A stretch of 64,000 bases of DNA, from NCBI GenBank assembly GCA_000433455.1, contig HF992500.1, positions 32,293 to 96,292 on the forward strand, written 5' to 3'. The position numbers were made by a program, and so were the translations under genes. The notes under the pieces were generated by a model. The model was not told the origin of the DNA. It saw nothing but the letters and a program-made list of their open reading frames with translations, and ran no database searches. Position 1 is the stretch's first letter. The number at the start of each line of letters is the position of its first letter. Positions 59,907 to 64,000 of this stretch are shown here, one piece after another. The stretch comes from Mycoplasma sp. CAG:877 (GTDB taxonomy: Bacteria; Bacillota_I; Bacilli_A; RF39; UBA660).

Positions 59907-61127
59907 TTACTCCTTTATACTTTCGATTATGTTCATATTAAAGACTTTTTTATTATAAATACTTGTAGAAATGTTATATGTAAGAGCTATTACTAGAATT
60001 GATAAAACTATAGAACTACAGTCTATACAAATTGGTATTTTAGAAAATATTAATGGTCTAAAATAAATAATTGTTTTATAGATAATTTGAAATATTGTAA
60101 TAGATATAATAATTATAAGAAAAATTATAAGGACTAAAAAGTTAGTATTTAGATAATTTAATTTTTCTATATCTTTGTTCTTGTATCCAATAGTTCTTAA
60201 AATATTGGTATTTATTATGAGTAGATTAAGATTCTTTTCAGTTATATAAATAATCGTTATAAAAGAAAAGATTAGGCATAGTATTGTTACTACATAGACT
60301 ATGGTATTTAAAATATCTATTAGAGAATAGTCAAATTCTAAAATTCGGCTACTATTATATTTTCTTAGAGAGTTTAACTCATTGATTACTGAATCTACAT
60401 TGTTTATTGAATCTACTTGAACTACTATTGAGTCAATTTGATTTGATAAATCTACATTTTCATAGGTATCATTATATATTTCTCCTAATAAATTATAGTC
60501 GCCATAACAACTTGATTCGTCAAGATAGGCTTTACTGTTTTTATAGGTTCCAACTATTTTTAATTTTGTTGTTTTCATTTCTAGTTCATCTGTATTTTCA
60601 TTTATTATCTTAGGATATTCTACTACTATTTCTTGGCCTATTAGTTTTTTCATAGTTATGAAGTCTTGCTTTTTTAGATTTTTATTGGCACCAATATTTT
60701 CTGATGGATAAAATATTTCCGGACAAACTATTTCATTTTTATTTTGAATACTTTTACCAGCTGTTACTGGTGGATGAGTTTTATTAGTACTTCCAGTTAG
60801 AGAAAAGTCTCCAGAAAAATATTTGTTTTTGGTAGTTAAGATTGTGTAATAAGCAGTATCACTAAATACGGCATCTACGTGATTTATCTTTTTTATTTCA
60901 TTAATGGCAGTTTCTTCTTCTGTATCTTCGTTTCTAAGTACTGATATTGTTCTATAACCAGGATCTTTCTCAATACCAGCAATGAAATATGTTTCAATAG
61001 TCTTTTTGTATGAAAAAATAAAGATTATAGTAAGGGCTAGAAAAAATAATATAATTATTGTTTTAGTATTCCTTTTTTCTCTTAGAGTATTTGTTAAAAC
61101 GTAGTCTTTGTAAATATCCTTATGCAT
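59907..61127 (-). CDS. FtsX-family ABC permease (MacB/LolC-like topology)
   Basis: TM1 (TIIILFFLALTIIFIF), a ~230-aa extracytoplasmic domain, then three C-terminal TM helices. 8-nt overlap with the ATPase gene. Confidence 0.75.
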   Translation of the reverse strand: MHKDIYKDYVLTNTLREKRNTKTIIILFFLALTIIFIFSYKKTIETYFIAGIEKDPGYRTISVLRNEDTEEETAINEIKKINHVDAVFSDTAYYTILTTKNKYFSGDFSLTGSTNKTHPPVTAGKSIQNKNEIVCPEIFYPSENIGANKNLKKQDFITMKKLIGQEIVVEYPKIINENTDELEMKTTKLKIVGTYKNSKAYLDESSCYGDYNLLGEIYNDTYENVDLSNQIDSIVVQVDSINNVDSVINELNSLRKYNSSRILEFDYSLIDILNTIVYVVTILCLIFSFITIIYITEKNLNLLIINTNILRTIGYKNKDIEKLNYLNTNFLVLIIFLIIIISITIFQIIYKTIIYFRPLIFSKIPICIDCSSIVLSILVIALTYNISTSIYNKKVFNMNIIESIKE

Positions 61128-61800
61128 TTTTTATAATCTCCAAACTTCCATTTTTCATTTTTAAAACTACATCAGCATAGTTTAGGGCCTTACTATTATG
61201 ACTTACTACAATTACACATTTACCGTCTTTAACTATCTTTTTAAATGTTTGATAAATCTTTTCTTCGTTTTCTGAATCTAGAGAGGCAGTTGGCTCATCG
61301 GCTAAGATTATACTTGGATTATTGGCAAGAGCACGGGCAATAGAAATTCGTTGTTGTTCTCCTCCAGATAACTCTTTTGGAAAATGATTTTTTCTATGTA
61401 ACATGTCTACTTGTTCTAGTAATTTTTCTCCTTCTTGTAAACGTTCTTCTTTTGACATTTTAGATAAGTATAAAGGTACTATTACATTTTCTAAGGCTGT
61501 TAAATTAGAATTAAGATATATTTGTTGGTAGATAAAGCCAATATTTTCTTTTCTAATATCAGCAAGATGATTACTTGATAAATGACTTACATCTTTATTA
61601 TTTATTTTTAGTGTTCCAGAAGAAAAGGTATCTATAGTTCCTACACATTGTAAGAGAGTTGTTTTGCCAGAACCACTCTTTCCAGTAATTACATAAAACT
61701 TACCAGATTCAAATTTAAAATTTACATTGTTTACGGCTGTTATTTCTTCTTTATTTTTGATATATGTTTTAGTGCAAGAATTTAGTTCAATATTAATCAT
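61120..61800 (-). CDS. ABC transporter ATP-binding protein (MacB/LolD-like)
   Basis: Walker [10 protein letters not shown], signature [15 protein letters not shown], Walker [17 protein letters not shown] upstream. Confidence 0.9.
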   Translation of the reverse strand: MINIELNSCTKTYIKNKEEITAVNNVNFKFESGKFYVITGKSGSGKTTLLQCVGTIDTFSSGTLKINNKDVSHLSSNHLADIRKENIGFIYQQIYLNSNLTALENVIVPLYLSKMSKEERLQEGEKLLEQVDMLHRKNHFPKELSGGEQQRISIARALANNPSIILADEPTASLDSENEEKIYQTFKKIVKDGKCVIVVSHNSKALNYADVVLKMKNGSLEIIKNA

Positions 61801-61817
61801 TATGACCTCCGATTTAA

Positions 61818-61847
61818 TAATAGGCCGAATTTATATCGGCCTATTTA
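61818..61847 (-). terminator. GC-rich hairpin between the small-protein gene and the ABC ATPase gene (leaky terminator / attenuator candidate)
   Basis: Stem ataggccga / tcggcctat (9 bp), loop atttata. The tail on the minus strand is only moderately U-rich (UAUUAAAU). Confidence 0.45.
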
Positions 61848-61862
61848 TTTACATTATATTTT

Positions 61863-62294
61863 TTAGTAACTTTGCATTTTTACATAATCGGAATTTACTC
61901 CTGAGTAATATGCACCAGTACCACCACTACCAGTTGCGGCATTTTCAAATGCACTAAAACTATATAGCTTTTTACCAGAGCCTATATTTCCCATATAGGT
62001 TGTTGTTGTATTTCCAAGTGACAAACTTGCTACCTTAGTTGCCTTGCTGTTAAAATCTCCAAATATTCCTTTTGTTCCAATTTTGATTACTAATTTTTGT
62101 GAAAGTTCAGGAGCTGGAAATTAATCTGCTCTTATACTAATTTTGTGATTTGTGTTCGTATAATCTCTTACAGCTCCTGTATGTGTTGACCCTGGTGAAA
62201 TATATAATGTACTTGTATACGATGCTGCGGCTGCTAATGTTATTATAGGAATCAACATAATTGTTGCTCCTAATATTGCTATTTTTCTTTTCAT
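61863..62294 (-). pseudogene. Small secreted Ser/Thr/Gly-rich protein gene (142 sense codons) interrupted by one in-frame TAA (62123..62121); absent from the ORF track
   Basis: My translation reads MKRKIAILGATIMLIPIITLAAAASYTSTLYISPGSTHTGAVRDYTNTNHKISIRAD*FPAPELSQKLVIKIGTKGIFGDFNSKATKVASLSLGNTTTTYMGNIGSGKKLYSFSAFENAATGSGGTGAYYSGVNSDYVKMQSY*. It has a clear signal peptide, and 85 further codons stay open in the same frame after the TAA. Confidence 0.65.
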
Positions 62295-62410
62295 TTTTTT
62301 CTTTTCCTTTCTTATTTTTATTAAATAGTACTACTTTTACCTCCTTTCTATTGTGCGATGCAAATCCTTACGCATGCACTGTAGTACATAATACTTCACT
62401 CTTCTTACTT

Positions 62411-62775
62411 TTAAATTGTTATGTCTACACCTTGCATTGCATCATAAATATTTTGGGTGCTTCCATTAAATAAAAATACGTGACCATATCCAAGATATGA
62501 AAAGCTGGAATTTTGGCTGACTGCTAAAGTTGGGTTACTAGATGATATTTTTGGAGTAATATTTAAACTTAAACCACTTCCATTAAAGTATGCACTAATG
62601 ACATCATAACTTCTTACACTTGTATTACTTAGCCATGTTAACGTGGCAGAAACATAATACATGCTTGTGCATGAGGATGCTATTTTTAATTGATTGTTAC
62701 TGTTGTATGAATACTTCCTCTTGTTGTTGTGCTACTACCTATTATTGTTTTTTTGTAACTTCTTGATTTTTTCAT
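62411..62775 (-). pseudogene. Diverged paralogue of the 61863..62294 small protein; start codon and body are in different frames and the signal-peptide core is missing
   Basis: ATG 62775 opens MKKSRSYKKTIIGSSTTTRGSIHTTVTIN*. The -1 frame is open from 62731 (..KRKYSYNSNNQLKIASSCTSMYYVSATLTW...) to the stop at 62411. The track shows only the last 83 aa. It has collinear motifs with the neighbour: R.Y(S/T).N(S/T)N, then 43 aa, then LSL, then 18-19 aa, then SFS. Confidence 0.5.
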
Positions 62776-62810
62776 ATTCTCTTTTCTTGTCCTTATTTTA
62801 ATATATTAAT

Positions 62811-62844
62811 AAAAGAAAAGACTAGAACTTGTTAAGTTCTAGTC
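62811..62844 (-). terminator. Strong rho-independent terminator directly after the XRE regulator gene
   Basis: 11-bp perfect stem gactagaactt / aagttctagtc, 3-nt loop, followed on the minus strand by TTTTCTTTT. Confidence 0.8.
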
Positions 62845-63934
62845 AGGATAGTAGGTATTTATTTAGGTAATTATCGGTAAAATTTCGATGTAGAGTGTCA
62901 TCTTTATCAGATGAAGATTCTTTAGAAGTAATTTTTGTATTAGTTGACTTTTGATAAAACAAATGATTTGTTTCTAAGAAATAAAACCACTCTTCTTTTT
63001 GATTATCTTCTGTTTTGATGACTTCTAATTGTTTTTCTTCTTCAAAATATACGAAGATAAGATTAGCAGTTTCATAGATATAACCATCCCTATCTTTTTT
63101 GCCTTTATTTTTGATACTTTCAATTATATTCTTTTTCTCTGGAGTTAATTCTGATTTAGTAGTTTTTGAAGAAGTACCATCTGATATTTTAGTTTTCTTT
63201 TGAAAGATAATGTTATTATTTGAAAAGTCTTTTGTTACATTTAATTTTATTGTTTCTTTTTGGGAGTTAGAAAAAGTTATTTGGAGATATAAATTTTTAA
63301 TTATAGTGTTTACTTTGTTAAATGGGAAATAAGCATCATAACCATAATAGTCAGTTAGGAGAAGGCTTTCCGACTCTGTTTCAACAAGTAAGTAGTCTTT
63401 GTTTTTTATCTTGTAATATAATTTTATTTTGGATATTTTTACATTTGGTTCATGAGTTATTTCACCTAATCTAAAATATGTCTTTTGTCTTGTTGTGATA
63501 AAAATACCATTGGTAGTTGCGAAGTTTTTTCCTTCGCCATCTACTCTATAAACTTTTATAGAATTATAGGAGTTAAGAAAATAATATGATAAAAAGGTGA
63601 TAAGTAGTATTAATATTACCGCTGTAAAAGTAAGAGATATTTTCTTAATTTTTTTACTTTCTTCGTTAGTTTCGTCTAATATATTTAGAGTTACTTTTTC
63701 GAGTGTTTTTATGCTCTTTTTTGGAATTTTTTCTCCGGCTAATATTTCATTAATTGATACAGCGAATATTTCACTTAGTTTTATTAATACGGAAGAGTCC
63801 GGAATAGTTATTCCTCGTTCCCATTTACTTACTGCTTGTCTACTTATAGGAATCATGTCGGCTAATTGAGTTTGACTGAGATTCTTTTTCTTACGTAAAC
63901 TACAGATAAACTTACCTATTTTTTGTTGGTCCAT
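62843..63934 (-). CDS. Membrane-tethered XRE-family transcriptional regulator with ~240-aa extracytoplasmic C-terminal domain
   Basis: HTH_3 motif IGKFICSLRKKKNLSQTQLADMIPISRQAVSKWERG, a single TM (ISLTFTAVILILLITFLSYYFL) and an uncharacterised C-terminal domain. Ends in TGA and is followed by a strong terminator. Confidence 0.85.
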   Translation of the reverse strand: MDQQKIGKFICSLRKKKNLSQTQLADMIPISRQAVSKWERGITIPDSSVLIKLSEIFAVSINEILAGEKIPKKSIKTLEKVTLNILDETNEESKKIKKISLTFTAVILILLITFLSYYFLNSYNSIKVYRVDGEGKNFATTNGIFITTRQKTYFRLGEITHEPNVKISKIKLYYKIKNKDYLLVETESESLLLTDYYGYDAYFPFNKVNTIIKNLYLQITFSNSQKETIKLNVTKDFSNNNIIFQKKTKISDGTSSKTTKSELTPEKKNIIESIKNKGKKDRDGYIYETANLIFVYFEEEKQLEVIKTEDNQKEEWFYFLETNHLFYQKSTNTKITSKESSSDKDDTLHRNFTDNYLNKYLLS

Positions 63935-63969
63935 ACTTTTTCTCCTCTTGGGTCTTTTTGTATGAGTTT

Positions 63970-63998
63970 AGTATACTATGCTTTAATCTTTTTTTCAA
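63970..63998 (-). promoter_or_regulatory. Sigma-A type promoter TTGAAA-N17-TATACT for the XRE regulator gene; the -10 lies within a 10-bp palindrome TAGTATACTA
   Basis: Read on the minus strand, with SD AGAGGAG downstream. Confidence 0.45.
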
Positions 63999-64000
63999 TT

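Noticed and set aside
62348-62389. 13-codon minus-strand mini-ORF MYYSACVRICIAQ between the two small-protein genes
   Set aside because: It is too short and lacks a convincing SD. It coincides with a GC-rich imperfect hairpin (GTGC-G-ATGC...GCAT-GCAC) and may be a duplicated fragment of the neighbouring MYYVSA... segment. It is noted only as part of the degenerate region.

Overview
AT-rich (by eye about 25-30% GC) chromosomal segment of a low-GC Gram-positive bacterium (Bacillota). The pcrA-ligA-gatCAB backbone and the envelope genes fit Erysipelotrichia, Bacilli or Clostridia type genomes; I cannot place it more precisely. I count about 54 protein genes, roughly 50 on the minus strand, which suggests strong co-orientation with replication. 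I saw no rRNA, tRNA, CRISPR array, transposase, integrase, prophage or recognisable defence genes.

Layout:
- (i) 0-11 kb: miscellaneous genes. These are an Mbeg1-like fragment, a thioredoxin-like protein, a cupin, a macro domain protein, an ArsR/P1B-ATPase metal efflux pair, an orphan LPXTG remnant, a YfhO GT-C enzyme and a DagK-like lipid kinase.
- (ii) 11.3-29.5 kb: a large cell-surface glycopolymer locus. It holds GT2 and GT4 transferases, a TagGH/Wzm-Wzt-like ABC exporter, split AT3 + SGNH O-acetylation genes, a pyruvyltransferase fused to an FrhB-like Fe-S flavoprotein, a UbiA/DPPR-synthase-like + HAD + GT-C-like module, and an O-antigen-ligase-like/GT4 fusion.
- (iii) 29.7-44.3 kb: cell-wall genes. 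These are a kinase-less six-PASTA protein, a 1243-aa glucosaminidase, an LCP-PASTA ligase, LtaS, YihY and a degenerate-GGDEF sensor.
- (iv) 44.4-53.8 kb: housekeeping gatCAB, ligA and pcrA, with two inserted genes.
- (v) 54.8-57.0 kb: a thioester-domain (TQXA) adhesin with a dedicated atypical sortase and an operator-bearing promoter.
- (vi) 58.9-64.0 kb: an uncharacterised module. It comprises a membrane-tethered XRE regulator, two diverged paralogous small Ser/Thr/Asn/Gly-rich proteins (both disrupted) and a LolCDE-like ABC system (one ATPase plus two different FtsX permeases).

The most notable observations:
- A predicted polyprenyl-phospho-pentofuranose donor pathway sits in a Bacillota glycopolymer locus.
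- The pyruvyltransferase and FrhB-like protein are joined in a Rosetta-stone fusion.
- The regulator / small-protein / ABC module is uncharacterised.
- Three otherwise continuous reading frames are each interrupted by a single in-frame TAA. They are a GT4 transferase, the LCP tail, and a small secreted protein absent from the ORF track.

All functional calls come from motifs I recognise by eye in the translations. No database search was run.
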